The notes under the pieces are model-generated. The model saw only the letters and a list, made by a program, of their open reading frames with translations, was not told the origin of the DNA and searched no databases. DNA of 64,000 bases from a virus (taxonomy: Duplodnaviria > Caudoviricetes): the IMG/VR virus record IMGVR_UViG_3300028886_000042; one strand, given 5' to 3'. The position numbers and the translations under genes are program-made. Positions 26,581 to 37,066 of this stretch are shown in pieces. Position 1 is the first letter of the stretch. Every line of letters starts with the position of its first letter.

Positions 26581-28695
26581 ATGCCGGCATATAGTATTTT
26601 ATCAGAAATTAACGGTTATCACGGTACTTCACATGATTTTGAGAGATTCAATCATAAGAAATACCTCAATACGGGTGACGGTTCACAGTCGTTCGGATGG
26701 GGAACCTATATTACCGACAATCCTGATATCGCCGGAGAATATGCCGAACGTGACAAGGAATCAAATACAGGCACATATACGAAAAACCATGACAGGATAA
26801 CAGCCGAAAAACTCACGGAAATAGCCGAAGACACAATAGAAGATACCAACATCGTCAATGACATTGTTCACAGCCTGCGTATGGTTATGTATGTGACAAA
26901 AACGATTAATAATAAGGTTATAGAGGATGAATCCGAGAAGTTCGTTTCAAAATATCCGGAACACAGTGAGGAGATAACACGGTTCTTCAGTACACTGTCA
27001 GACTTGGAACCTGATTACTTTGAGGCTGATTCCTATGTATATGAGGTTGACATACCTGATAACAACGGTACTAACTACATTCCATGGTTCGGTACATTAT
27101 CGGAAGATATAATAAATAATGTAATGTCAGGTTTCAGCAGACTTGCCGTAAGATATCCTGAACTTGAGGGATATGAAGATACACTGTACAACTCAACTGG
27201 CAGCGGAGAGGAACTGTACGGTATGTTGGTCAGTCTGTTGGGTACGCCTAAGTCGGCTTCGCTGTTTCTGTATAATATGTGCGGTATTGAAGGTGTCGTA
27301 TATCCTATAGGCACTGTATACGGCTTTGACGGTGAAGAGGGTAATAACTATGTTATTTTCAATGCTTCTTCAGTTAAAATAATCAAGAAAAGTGTAAATG
27401 AACATAAAATGCATATTAATGAATGGAAGCCTTCATTTTATGATGAGTTACCCGAAACAATAAGACTGTATCACGGTACTGATGTAATGGCACTTAATGA
27501 CATTATAGAGGACGGTGTCATATCTGCCATGAGAAGCGGTAAGAGAAGCGAAACATACGGTGTTAACTGGTTCAGTACAAAACTTACGAATAATTTCGGT
27601 CAGGGTACGGTTTTCTCAATAGAAGTACCTAAGAGCGACTTTGAGGAATATAAGTTCAAGTTTATGAACAATACCGAAGTTATTTCCGAAACAAATGAAA
27701 TACCAGTACAGGACTATAATCTGAGAATAGAGAAGATAGGCGGTTGGGATGAGGAGAAATTCAGAAACCTGTTTGAAAGATGTAACGGGGACATATTCCT
27801 TTGGATTGAGAAACTTGATAAAATCAACCGTGAGTTCAATGAATATATGTTCAGTGTAGACTATCCGGTAGTAATGTATCTGATAAGACAGCTGTTTGGT
27901 GAAGAAGTATTAAGGAAAGAGGGTATAATAGAGTCAAGGCAGTATATTACCGAGGTGGATGCTGATGACGTAAGCCTCTCTTCATTCAAGGTAAAGGAAG
28001 AACTGAATGAGCATTTCTGGATTAATAACAGACTCAATTCAAGGGTAAGGGAAAAACTTCTTGACATAGCAGAGGATTTCATAGATGAGCTGTCAGTGCC
28101 TGATTTCAAGGAAAAGGATATCGTATTCACGGGGTCACTTGCCAACTACAACTGGTCACGCTATTCTGATATTGACATACATATAGTTGTCAGTTTCAAG
28201 GAAATATACAGGAAAACCGAATTCATAGACGATTATTTCAAGTCAAAGAAGGAGATTTGGAATCAGACGCATGAGAAACTTAAGATTTACGGTTATCCGG
28301 TAGAGATAAGCGTAGAAGATGCAGATGAACCGGGAGTATCATCAGGTGTATATTCACTGAAAAAGAATAAGTGGATAAAGGAACCGTCGAACTTTGATGA
28401 TGCAAAACTCAACGAGAAGTACATAAAGGAGTTTTCCGCGAAGATAATGACGGAAATCGACGACATCGAAAGGAAGATACACAAGACAAGGGGTAATTCG
28501 GCACTCGAAAAACTCAGTGACAGAATAATGGGTATCTTCAAACGTCTCAAGAACATCCGTAAGGAGGGACTTTCAAGAAGCGGTGAAATGTCAAGCGGAA
28601 ACATCATATACAAACTTCTCAGAAGAATGGGTTATCTTGACAAGATATGGGACATAATAAACAACACTTACAATAAAATGAATACGATAAAGTAG
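26581..28695 (+). CDS. Polyvalent protein: two ADP-ribosyltransferase-like domains plus a Pol-beta-type nucleotidyltransferase
   Basis: YHGTSHDF...FGWGTYITD...YEVDI; LYHGTD...WFST...VFSIEV; FTGSLANYNWSRYSDIDIHIV (GS...DxD); TATTTAT at 26541. Confidence 0.75.
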   Translation: MPAYSILSEINGYHGTSHDFERFNHKKYLNTGDGSQSFGWGTYITDNPDIAGEYAERDKESNTGTYTKNHDRITAEKLTEIAEDTIEDTNIVNDIVHSLRMVMYVTKTINNKVIEDESEKFVSKYPEHSEEITRFFSTLSDLEPDYFEADSYVYEVDIPDNNGTNYIPWFGTLSEDIINNVMSGFSRLAVRYPELEGYEDTLYNSTGSGEELYGMLVSLLGTPKSASLFLYNMCGIEGVVYPIGTVYGFDGEEGNNYVIFNASSVKIIKKSVNEHKMHINEWKPSFYDELPETIRLYHGTDVMALNDIIEDGVISAMRSGKRSETYGVNWFSTKLTNNFGQGTVFSIEVPKSDFEEYKFKFMNNTEVISETNEIPVQDYNLRIEKIGGWDEEKFRNLFERCNGDIFLWIEKLDKINREFNEYMFSVDYPVVMYLIRQLFGEEVLRKEGIIESRQYITEVDADDVSLSSFKVKEELNEHFWINNRLNSRVREKLLDIAEDFIDELSVPDFKEKDIVFTGSLANYNWSRYSDIDIHIVVSFKEIYRKTEFIDDYFKSKKEIWNQTHEKLKIYGYPVEISVEDADEPGVSSGVYSLKKNKWIKEPSNFDDAKLNEKYIKEFSAKIMTEIDDIERKIHKTRGNSALEKLSDRIMGIFKRLKNIRKEGLSRSGEMSSGNIIYKLLRRMGYLDKIWDIINNTYNKMNTIK

Positions 28696-28753
28696 TTTAT
28701 CGGAAATGGGAACTATTTATATTAAAATAAGCTTATTAGATTTTTGAAATAAC

Positions 28754-30256
28754 ATGAGTAATATCTATGACCAGCAACTTGACAGAATGAAGACCCTTAT
28801 GTCATATGGCATTAACGAGTCATCTGCAAGGGATTCACAGTCAGTAGTTGAATATAAGACTGAAGGTGCTGACGGTAAGACCTACGGAATTATCCGCGAG
28901 GGTAAGAAATTCTATATCAAATGTGCACCTAAGAAGGACACGAAAGTACTTGCAGAGGATTTTGACTATATCGGCGGTTTCATGAACAAGAAACAGTACG
29001 AATATCTTACATATCCTATTGCCTCAAAGCAGCTTGAACTTAAACTTATGTCGGTAAACGAGGCATGTGCCGTAAAGAAGCCCGTAATGGTTGAAGGCTG
29101 CAAAACCGAAACCTCAGAATGGCAGATTAATGAAACAAGGGAAATGAGAGCCGAACTTGACAGATATGCCGAAATCGTAAACAACGTGGACTGCATCATG
29201 GAAGGAAAGGACGGCGGTTTCACTATGAACCATGAACTTCCGGAGGCTCCTGCAAAGAACCCTTCAGACAAGAAAGTTAACGGCCCGTTCACTGAACCGG
29301 CAACAGCAAAACTCGACAAGGACTTGAAGGCTACACAGACAAATCCTGAAAAGGCAGGCGCACCGTTCAATCAGGACGGTACTGTATCAAGCAAGGATAT
29401 GCAGTCGGACAAGAAGCCACAAGGCGGTGACGGTGACGTATATACAGAGAAACCACAGTATGTTGAGACAGGTGTTGCAGGACAGAAACCAAGCGGAGGC
29501 AAGGTTGTAAGAGCAGAGGGTAAGGAAGGACGCACGGTAATCCTTACAGAGGAACAGGTTCTTGCATGGAACAAGTCAAAGGACTTCATGGATAAGTCAA
29601 ACGGTACTGAAATAGGAAGTTCAGCACCTTATACTGAGGAAGTTCCAGACGGACAGAGTAATCAGGGTGAATCAAGTGCCGAACCTATTCATGAGGAAGC
29701 ACCCGTAGTACACAATACGGACAATCAGAATTCTCCTGAACCCGGAACAGGTGACAAGGGTGACGGACAGCCATTTACCGAAAAGGTAAACGAGGAGGTC
29801 GTTGACGTTGATGACGTGGCCGGTATGGAAGAGGATGATGTTCCATTCCCCGAAGTAGAGGATAACGACGGAACATTCGAGGAAGATTTCAATGAATGGG
29901 ATAATGACGGTGAAGATGAATTTGAAATCGGTATTGAAGATGACGGGGATGATGAGGATATCTATGAGTTGGAGGATGAGAATCCCTATGAATGCGTAAA
30001 CCGTGTAGTGAATCAGGTTACTGAGGCAGTTCTGAATGATTTCGGAAAACATCCTGCTTACCGTAAGAAGCCTATGACAACACCCCCTAATGTTGAGATT
30101 GACAAGTTCGGAAGAGACTGGAACGACGATTCGGCAAAGGGTGACAAACCGTTCGGTATGCAGATAGGAAGTTCAGCACCTTATACGGAGGAAGTTATCG
30201 ACAAACTTACCGACATGGTTATGAAACGTATTGAAAGCAGTAAAAAAAAAGTCTGA
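28754..30256 (+). CDS. Acidic, probably head-associated protein
   Basis: Low-complexity acidic region, many INE/VNE/VTE sites, motifs shared with the scaffold; TATTTAT at 28714. Confidence 0.65.
   Translation: MSNIYDQQLDRMKTLMSYGINESSARDSQSVVEYKTEGADGKTYGIIREGKKFYIKCAPKKDTKVLAEDFDYIGGFMNKKQYEYLTYPIASKQLELKLMSVNEACAVKKPVMVEGCKTETSEWQINETREMRAELDRYAEIVNNVDCIMEGKDGGFTMNHELPEAPAKNPSDKKVNGPFTEPATAKLDKDLKATQTNPEKAGAPFNQDGTVSSKDMQSDKKPQGGDGDVYTEKPQYVETGVAGQKPSGGKVVRAEGKEGRTVILTEEQVLAWNKSKDFMDKSNGTEIGSSAPYTEEVPDGQSNQGESSAEPIHEEAPVVHNTDNQNSPEPGTGDKGDGQPFTEKVNEEVVDVDDVAGMEEDDVPFPEVEDNDGTFEEDFNEWDNDGEDEFEIGIEDDGDDEDIYELEDENPYECVNRVVNQVTEAVLNDFGKHPAYRKKPMTTPPNVEIDKFGRDWNDDSAKGDKPFGMQIGSSAPYTEEVIDKLTDMVMKRIESSKKKV
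30242..30250 (+). other. A9 slippery site (candidate -1 frameshift or transcriptional slippage)
   Basis: AGT AAA AAA AAA GTC TGA; the -1 frame is open from 30244 into ORF 30268..30879. Confidence 0.55.
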
Positions 30257-30267
30257 GTGAACGTAAG

Positions 30268-30879
30268 GTGTTAAAAGTGCCAAATCAGCCGGAAATGCCG
30301 GCTGAACCTATGGCAGAACCTCCTGTTCCCGCTGACGGAATGAATGACATGCCGCCTATGGATAACGGCCCTATGATGGGTGACGGAGGTAATCCGTATG
30401 ATACGGATTTCGACGCAGGTGTTGAGGCTGACGAGGAAACAGACCCTAAGAAGTATATCCAACAGCTGACAGGCAAATTAAGTCAGTCATTACGTTCGTA
30501 TAACGAGAACTTACCTCAACCTGATGCTGATTTGGATAAATACGTGGCCGGTATGATAGTGAAACAGGCAGTGGAAGGACTTTCTTTGGAAGACAGGAAC
30601 GACATACTGAATAAGATAAATTCCGATGATGAAGGTGATATGCCGCAAGGGGATATGGAGCAGAATGATGTGCCGCAAGATGATGAAAACGGAGGTCAGA
30701 TGCCGCCTGATAATATGGGAGAAAGTTTTTCAAGGGAAAGAAGAAAGAAGATAGACGAGATTTTCAATCAGGTAATGAATGGAAACAATGATGATGAAGA
30801 TGAAGGATATAATGAGATAAAAGGAAAATTCTCATATAAGAGAAAACCGTTTGTTTCACCTGAATTCAAAGATAAATAA
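30268..30879 (+). CDS. Acidic Pro-rich protein, probable frameshift extension of the upstream gene
   Basis: GTG start; in the -1 frame of the upstream ORF. Confidence 0.65.
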   Translation: MLKVPNQPEMPAEPMAEPPVPADGMNDMPPMDNGPMMGDGGNPYDTDFDAGVEADEETDPKKYIQQLTGKLSQSLRSYNENLPQPDADLDKYVAGMIVKQAVEGLSLEDRNDILNKINSDDEGDMPQGDMEQNDVPQDDENGGQMPPDNMGESFSRERRKKIDEIFNQVMNGNNDDEDEGYNEIKGKFSYKRKPFVSPEFKDK

Positions 30880-31049
30880 GATTTTTTCATACATTCCTCC
30901 GAAAAGAGGCAGGGATGATTATTAGTACTAACCATGAGAGCAGTCAAATAAGGCTGCTCTTTATCATTATAAGGAAGTTCCTATTTTTTTGTTGACTTAA
31001 TAACGGCTTTGGACTATTTATAATTATAAAGAAATACAGTGCTTAAGGA

Positions 31050-31676
31050 ATGAGAAAAATCAAGATAACAGAGGAGCAGAGACAGTATGCATTAAAGGAA
31101 GGACTTGTTATTGACGTAGACAGTAATGCAACCGGTGGTGATGATGTAAAGGCTCTTGAAAAGGCAAAACAACAGGCTGTAAACGCCGGTGCAGACCCTA
31201 ATAAGGTAACATTTAAAATACCCCCAAAGACCAACGAGAGTAGGGTAATAACAAAAAGAGAACTGATTGAGAACAGGCTGAAACATTTCAAGGAGAACTC
31301 GAAACTGTATTCTGTAAGCGGCTTCACGAAAAAAATAAACGAAGATTTGACGAATAGGCAGAAAAGAAATATTTTAGGTATTACTGATGATGACGAACTG
31401 AATGCAGCAGCAGAGGCAGAGGAAAAAGAGGAACTTGAATACACTATATGGAATGCCTTAAAGGAGATGACAGGCGGAGACCCAAGAAAAACAACATTTT
31501 CTTTCGCAGATTTATGTGATATGCTTAACAGTAAATTCGGAATGAAATATGTCGGAAGTAATGATGAAAACGAATGTCATGAATTCAGTGACGGGGTTAA
31601 TAAACTTGAAATTTTCCCGAATGTATATTATCCTGAACAAGGTACATTGAGATTTTTTAATATGCACGTTTACTAA
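31050..31676 (+). CDS. Hypothetical protein with ITEE-type leader
   Basis: MRKIKITEEQRQYALKE; TATTTAT at 31015. Confidence 0.7.
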   Translation: MRKIKITEEQRQYALKEGLVIDVDSNATGGDDVKALEKAKQQAVNAGADPNKVTFKIPPKTNESRVITKRELIENRLKHFKENSKLYSVSGFTKKINEDLTNRQKRNILGITDDDELNAAAEAEEKEELEYTIWNALKEMTGGDPRKTTFSFADLCDMLNSKFGMKYVGSNDENECHEFSDGVNKLEIFPNVYYPEQGTLRFFNMHVY

Positions 31677-31677
31677 T

Positions 31678-32979
31678 ATGTTGAAAATACCTGAATACAT
31701 ACTTGATTCACTTGAAAACGACAGAACTTCCTTGGGAAAACATCCTGCATTCCCGCCTGAGGAAGAAGAGAAGTTTATCGTAAATGCCGTTGCGGACAGA
31801 TTTACCGAACTTACGGAAAATATGGAAATAACGGACGTTGAACAACTTAAGAACGAACTTGGAAGGCTTATAGTCAAGTGCAAGAAAATAGAAAGAAAAA
31901 GTTCTGATGCCTTGGAACAGTTGTGTATCAGCATAGTAAGTGAACTTTTCAGTATTCCGGAAGATACGGTCAAGATAGAGGCAAACCTTGTTGACAGCGT
32001 AAACACCGACAATCAGAGAATGCTTCCCGAAAAGACACCTGATTTCAGTTTTGACAGTATAAAGGACATGAACCTGCTGTCAAAGGAAATATACAAGAGA
32101 AGAATGCTTAATGCACTTGTAACCGGTGCTGCAATGTACTATTCCGATAATATATCATATTATATAAGGGATTTGTTTGAAATAGATGATGAACTGCCTT
32201 CACTGTATAAGAAAATAGTAAGATATAACGAAATCCTTATATATTTGGAAAAGGACACACTGAATAAGGAGGATAATGATAATATAACAGACGGTGGAAA
32301 GGTTGACGTTGAAATAGGCTCTCTGCATGCAATGCCGGTAATAAAATCCGAAGGACTTATATTTCCCGTACTTCTGAATGAAACCATAAAAGGTGTTCTT
32401 GAACTTGCCATATCACACGGTTTACCCGAAAAAAGGGAAAAGGCAGAATATGTGATAAAAAAATCCGATTTCAGACTTGCTGAACTGTGGGATATGAGAC
32501 TCGGCTATGTATTGTGGGAGATAATAGCAGAACAGATTGAGGATATGGATGTCATTGAACCTAATTTTTTCCTCATGACGCTGTCAGAACTCCCGTGCGA
32601 TAAGTTCAATGACTGCCTTGGGGAGATTTTCGGAAAGACGAAGAGGGGAAAGAGAATACTCGACAATATAATAAGGAAAATCATGTACGAGAAAGAACGT
32701 GATGACTTTGATGACTTCATTGAAAGGGGTAAGGACGGACATCAGATTGAAGACGGATATTATACAAGCGAGGAACTTATAGCCGATTCTGACCTGCACG
32801 AATCAAAAAAGCAGAAAAAGAAGAAGAAAGTCAGAAAAAATGACGAAGGTAAAACAGTTCCGGAATTCTGTGACAAATGCGGTGCAAAAGTAGGTGTCTA
32901 TATACAGGGAGAACCGATTTTTAAATGCTCAAACAAGGAATGCGGAAAATATTTCGGAACAGTTCCTTTTCCGGATTAA
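31678..32979 (+). CDS. Hypothetical protein with C-terminal zinc ribbon
   Basis: 433 aa; CDKCG...CSNKECG after LHES and a Lys tract. Confidence 0.7.
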   Translation: MLKIPEYILDSLENDRTSLGKHPAFPPEEEEKFIVNAVADRFTELTENMEITDVEQLKNELGRLIVKCKKIERKSSDALEQLCISIVSELFSIPEDTVKIEANLVDSVNTDNQRMLPEKTPDFSFDSIKDMNLLSKEIYKRRMLNALVTGAAMYYSDNISYYIRDLFEIDDELPSLYKKIVRYNEILIYLEKDTLNKEDNDNITDGGKVDVEIGSLHAMPVIKSEGLIFPVLLNETIKGVLELAISHGLPEKREKAEYVIKKSDFRLAELWDMRLGYVLWEIIAEQIEDMDVIEPNFFLMTLSELPCDKFNDCLGEIFGKTKRGKRILDNIIRKIMYEKERDDFDDFIERGKDGHQIEDGYYTSEELIADSDLHESKKQKKKKKVRKNDEGKTVPEFCDKCGAKVGVYIQGEPIFKCSNKECGKYFGTVPFPD

Positions 32980-33266
32980 ACAACATAAGGCGGGCTGACT
33001 TAAGCCCGCTTCTTTGTTTATATGGTGTTAAGTACACTTTTCCATTCACTTATAAATTTAGGCATAAAGAATTTCCGTGAAAATGCTTATTTTCTGTAAA
33101 TATACTTTTTTTACCGTCATTTGCAAAGAGTATTAACAGTTAATAATATACAGTTAACACCTTTTTAAGAAATTTTAATGCTTTTTATTTGGTTATTAGT
33201 AATAAATGTGGTATATTTGCAGTATTAAAAATATTTATAAATGAAAAATTTAATAAATTAAAAGAT

Positions 33267-35117
33267 ATGGGAGTAATTAAATGGACTTACGAAAAATGCT
33301 ATGAGGTAGCAAGAAAATACGAAACAAACAAAGATTTTAGGGATAATGAACCTTCTGCTTATTCAGCTGCTTTAAGGTGGGATTGGGTAAAAGAATTTAC
33401 ATGGTTTAAACAACTCTGTACACCTGTTAATTATTGGACTTATGAACGTACCTATGAAGAAGCAAAGAAATACAAGTGTAAAGTCGATTTTCAAAGGGGT
33501 ACAAGGGGTGCATATAAAGCTGCTTTAAGAAATAATTGGCTTAATGACTATACATGGATGAAAACGCCGGAATCACATAATAAGAAATGGTGTTATGAAA
33601 CGTGTATGGAAGCAGCAAAACAGTTTACTATTTATACGGATTTTGCAAATGCATATCCAAAGGCATTAGACGTTGCAAGAAAAAACGGATGGGTTGATGA
33701 ATATACATGGTTGGAACGTAAATCAAAACCAAGTGGCTACTGGACTTATGAGCATTGTTATGAGGAAGCTAAGAAGTATAAATCACGTGTTGAGTTTGAA
33801 AAAGAAAGTGGCTCTGCATATGGTGTTGCAGTTAAAAATGGTTGGTTGGATGATTATACTTGGATTCCGAAACGCAAAAGTCCTGAGTGTAAATGGACTA
33901 AAGAAAAGTGTTTTGAAGTTGCTAAACAATTTAAAACCAAACAAGATTTCAGATATAGTAGACATGATGCTTATATGGCCGCTGTCAGACGTGATTGGAT
34001 GAAGGAAATGGATTGGTTTGTTCCGAAGGCAATTGAGGAAATGGCATTATTTAAGAAGATGCATTGTGTTTATGTTTATAAGGATGATGAATTAAATGTT
34101 GCTTATATCGGTTTGACAATCAATCTACACACAAGACATTTGAGACATAAGAAATGCGGTAGTGTGTTCAAGTTTTTTACTGAGGTTGGTAAGGAAATAC
34201 CTGAGCCGATTGTTTTAAAGGATAACCTTACACCCGAAGAAAGTAGATATTATGAAGATTATTATCTTAAGGAATTTCAGGAGAAAGGTTATCAGACACT
34301 TAATAAAGGTTGTACCGGAATATATTGTGGCTCATTTGGCGGTGGAAGGGTAATTTATACAGAGGAAAAGGCAATGGAAATTGCAAAAAAGTATAAAACT
34401 ATTAAAGATTTTCGTGAAAATGAACAATCTTGTTATGCTAGGTCAAAACTAATGGGTTGGCTTAAAGATTATACATGGTTAAAACGTGCCCATAAAGTTT
34501 GGACATATGAAATGTTTAAAGAAATTTTAGACAAATATGATGACTATTGTGAATTTCGTAAAAATGAACCAGGAGCTTATGAAGCAGCAATTAGAAATGG
34601 ATGGATGGATAGATTAAAGCGATTAGATAAAAAGGCTATTAATTGGACAAAGGAAATGGTTGAGGAGTTGGCCAGAAATTACACAACTAATTGGGATTTT
34701 AGAAAGAATGAACCCCTTGCATATAGTGCTGCAATTAGGCACAAATGGATTAATGACTTTACATGGTTAGAGAAGAGACAGAAGGAATTTGGGTATTGGT
34801 CAAAAGAGCGTATTATGGAAATAGCCAAAAACTACGAATACGTAACAGATTTCAGAAAATATGAAAAAGAAGCATATAGCCAAGCGACTAAAAAGGGTTT
34901 AATGAAAGAACTGACATGGCTTAAGTATAAAACCATGCCAAGCGGAACTTGGACAAAAGAAAAAGTTTTTGAGAAATCACGTGAATTTACCACCATTAAC
35001 GAGTTTGCCAAAAAAGCAAACGGGGCTTATACAGCAGCCTGTAGAAAAGGTTGGATTTCTGAAATAACATGGTTAACCCGCATTAAACAACCGACAAATC
35101 AAAAACCAAAAAAATAA
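33267..35117 (+). CDS. GIY-YIG endonuclease flanked by 5+5 helical repeats
   Basis: HCVYVY...AYIGLT...R..RH...E...N core; ten WTxExxxExAKKY...F...AY..A...GW repeats. Confidence 0.8.
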   Translation: MGVIKWTYEKCYEVARKYETNKDFRDNEPSAYSAALRWDWVKEFTWFKQLCTPVNYWTYERTYEEAKKYKCKVDFQRGTRGAYKAALRNNWLNDYTWMKTPESHNKKWCYETCMEAAKQFTIYTDFANAYPKALDVARKNGWVDEYTWLERKSKPSGYWTYEHCYEEAKKYKSRVEFEKESGSAYGVAVKNGWLDDYTWIPKRKSPECKWTKEKCFEVAKQFKTKQDFRYSRHDAYMAAVRRDWMKEMDWFVPKAIEEMALFKKMHCVYVYKDDELNVAYIGLTINLHTRHLRHKKCGSVFKFFTEVGKEIPEPIVLKDNLTPEESRYYEDYYLKEFQEKGYQTLNKGCTGIYCGSFGGGRVIYTEEKAMEIAKKYKTIKDFRENEQSCYARSKLMGWLKDYTWLKRAHKVWTYEMFKEILDKYDDYCEFRKNEPGAYEAAIRNGWMDRLKRLDKKAINWTKEMVEELARNYTTNWDFRKNEPLAYSAAIRHKWINDFTWLEKRQKEFGYWSKERIMEIAKNYEYVTDFRKYEKEAYSQATKKGLMKELTWLKYKTMPSGTWTKEKVFEKSREFTTINEFAKKANGAYTAACRKGWISEITWLTRIKQPTNQKPKK

Positions 35118-35188
35118 CTTTTTGGGTAACACTTGAAAAATAAGTACTATTTATGTTAATTTCATAATAATAGTACTTATTTTTTTGT

Positions 35189-37066
35189 ATGAGTAAACAG
35201 AGTGAATATCTAAAATGTTATAATGATAAAACGAGAATATACTTCATAGAGAATTATCTTTATACGTTCAACGCAATGGAACGTAGTGAAGTTCCGTTTA
35301 TCTTATTCCCAAGGCAAAAGGAATTCTTAAAAAGCTGTGCTGAAAATTCAAATACCGTTGCAGTAAAACATAGACAGAGTGGCGTATCAACAATATCAGC
35401 AGCATGGTCATGTGGTCAGTGTACATTTGCCAGTAAAAAATCACCTGAAATAATTTTGTGTATTGCAAATAAACTTGAGCAAGCAGTCGAATTAACTAAT
35501 AAAATTGTAAATTTCCTTGACCAAGTACCAAGATGGATGTGGGGTGGTGACTATTATTCACCTGACCCGGACAGTCCAAAGAATACAAAGTCGATTTATG
35601 TAAAACGAAATAAGAATTATATAGAATTATTTAATGGTTGTAAGATTTATGCACGTGCCTCAACACCGCACGCAGCAAGAGGAATTAGTGCAGTCTCTAT
35701 TTTGATAATCGACGAATGCGCGTACATTTTATCAGATGCCATGGCATCTTATACAGCAGCAGTTGCAGCACAAAGTACAGTTTCAAATCCTAAATGTCTG
35801 ATGGTCTCTACACCAAACGGTAAAGACCAGTTGTACTATAAAACATATAGTCAGGCAGTCAGGGGAGAAAACAATTTCCATGCAGTTGAATTCAAATGGT
35901 TTCAAGACCCCCGTTATAACAGAAATCTTAGATGGTACAAGAAGGATGAAAAAACCGGTGATATAAAATGGGATGAAGACCCTGTTATTGACAGAAAGGG
36001 TAATATAGAATACAATGAAGAGCGTTGGAGGAATCTTGAGAGGGACGGATGGACACCGACTTCTCCTTGGTTTGAAAACATGTGCAAGTCATTTAATAAT
36101 GACCAGCAGAAAATTGCACAGGAGTTGTTGGTTTCATTCCTCGGTTCTTCTGATAATGTTGTTGCACCTGAAGTAATAGAAATGCATCAGAAGCAGAATG
36201 TTATTCCCATTACACCTGACTGGCCACTAAGAGACCAGTTGATAAGTGATACTTGGATTTGGAAAGACCCGATTCCGGGGCATAGGTACATATGTTCAGT
36301 AGACCCTTCCAGTGGTTCCGGTACTGACTTTACTGCAATTGAGGTAATTGATGTTGATGCAGTAGATGAAAACGGTACACCGTTCTTTGAACAGGTACTT
36401 GAGTATAACGGTAAAATAAACGGTGAGGAAGTCGGTGAGTTGGTAAACAGATATGGAAGGGTTTATAATAATGCATTAGCTGTTGTCGAAGCTTTGGGCG
36501 GTTACGGTGATGCAGTTGTATTAACCCTTATGAATCTTGGTTATCCTAATTTGTATTATGATGAAAGTACCCTTAAAAACTACACTTCAGCCATTACAGC
36601 ATCTAAATTCAATAAAAAGGCGGGTGAAGCATTACCGGGATTCAGAAGTAACGGATTAAGAATACAGATGATTTCAAATTTTGTTGAAATGCTTAAAAAT
36701 GATTCATTCAGGGTAAGGAGTATGAGGGTTATCAGTGAATTGGAAACATGGATATTCAAGAATGGCCGACCAGACCATCAGGATGGTATGTGTGATGACC
36801 TGCTTACCTGTCTCGCAATGGGCTTGTTCGTTGCTGTATTCTATATGCTAAGAAATGAAAGAAAAAAAGCAAAGGATTCTCAGATTGTCAAGTCATGGTA
36901 TGTGAATAATGCTAATAATTCGGATTTCCGTTCATCAAAACTTGAAAACAGGATGATTATATCTTCCCCAAGGAAAATGCCTTTTTACAGTAATTCGCAG
37001 ATTGAGAAAAGGGAAAGGGCGAGATTCAATGCCATGCTTCTTTTAGGCGGTTTTAAGAGACATTAA
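35189..37066 (+). CDS. terL: Terminase large subunit (T4 gp17-like)
   Basis: LFPRQ, KHRQSGVST (Walker A), ILIIDE (Walker B), VSTPNG, VDPSSG, HQDGMCDD. Confidence 0.93.
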   Translation: MSKQSEYLKCYNDKTRIYFIENYLYTFNAMERSEVPFILFPRQKEFLKSCAENSNTVAVKHRQSGVSTISAAWSCGQCTFASKKSPEIILCIANKLEQAVELTNKIVNFLDQVPRWMWGGDYYSPDPDSPKNTKSIYVKRNKNYIELFNGCKIYARASTPHAARGISAVSILIIDECAYILSDAMASYTAAVAAQSTVSNPKCLMVSTPNGKDQLYYKTYSQAVRGENNFHAVEFKWFQDPRYNRNLRWYKKDEKTGDIKWDEDPVIDRKGNIEYNEERWRNLERDGWTPTSPWFENMCKSFNNDQQKIAQELLVSFLGSSDNVVAPEVIEMHQKQNVIPITPDWPLRDQLISDTWIWKDPIPGHRYICSVDPSSGSGTDFTAIEVIDVDAVDENGTPFFEQVLEYNGKINGEEVGELVNRYGRVYNNALAVVEALGGYGDAVVLTLMNLGYPNLYYDESTLKNYTSAITASKFNKKAGEALPGFRSNGLRIQMISNFVEMLKNDSFRVRSMRVISELETWIFKNGRPDHQDGMCDDLLTCLAMGLFVAVFYMLRNERKKAKDSQIVKSWYVNNANNSDFRSSKLENRMIISSPRKMPFYSNSQIEKRERARFNAMLLLGGFKRH

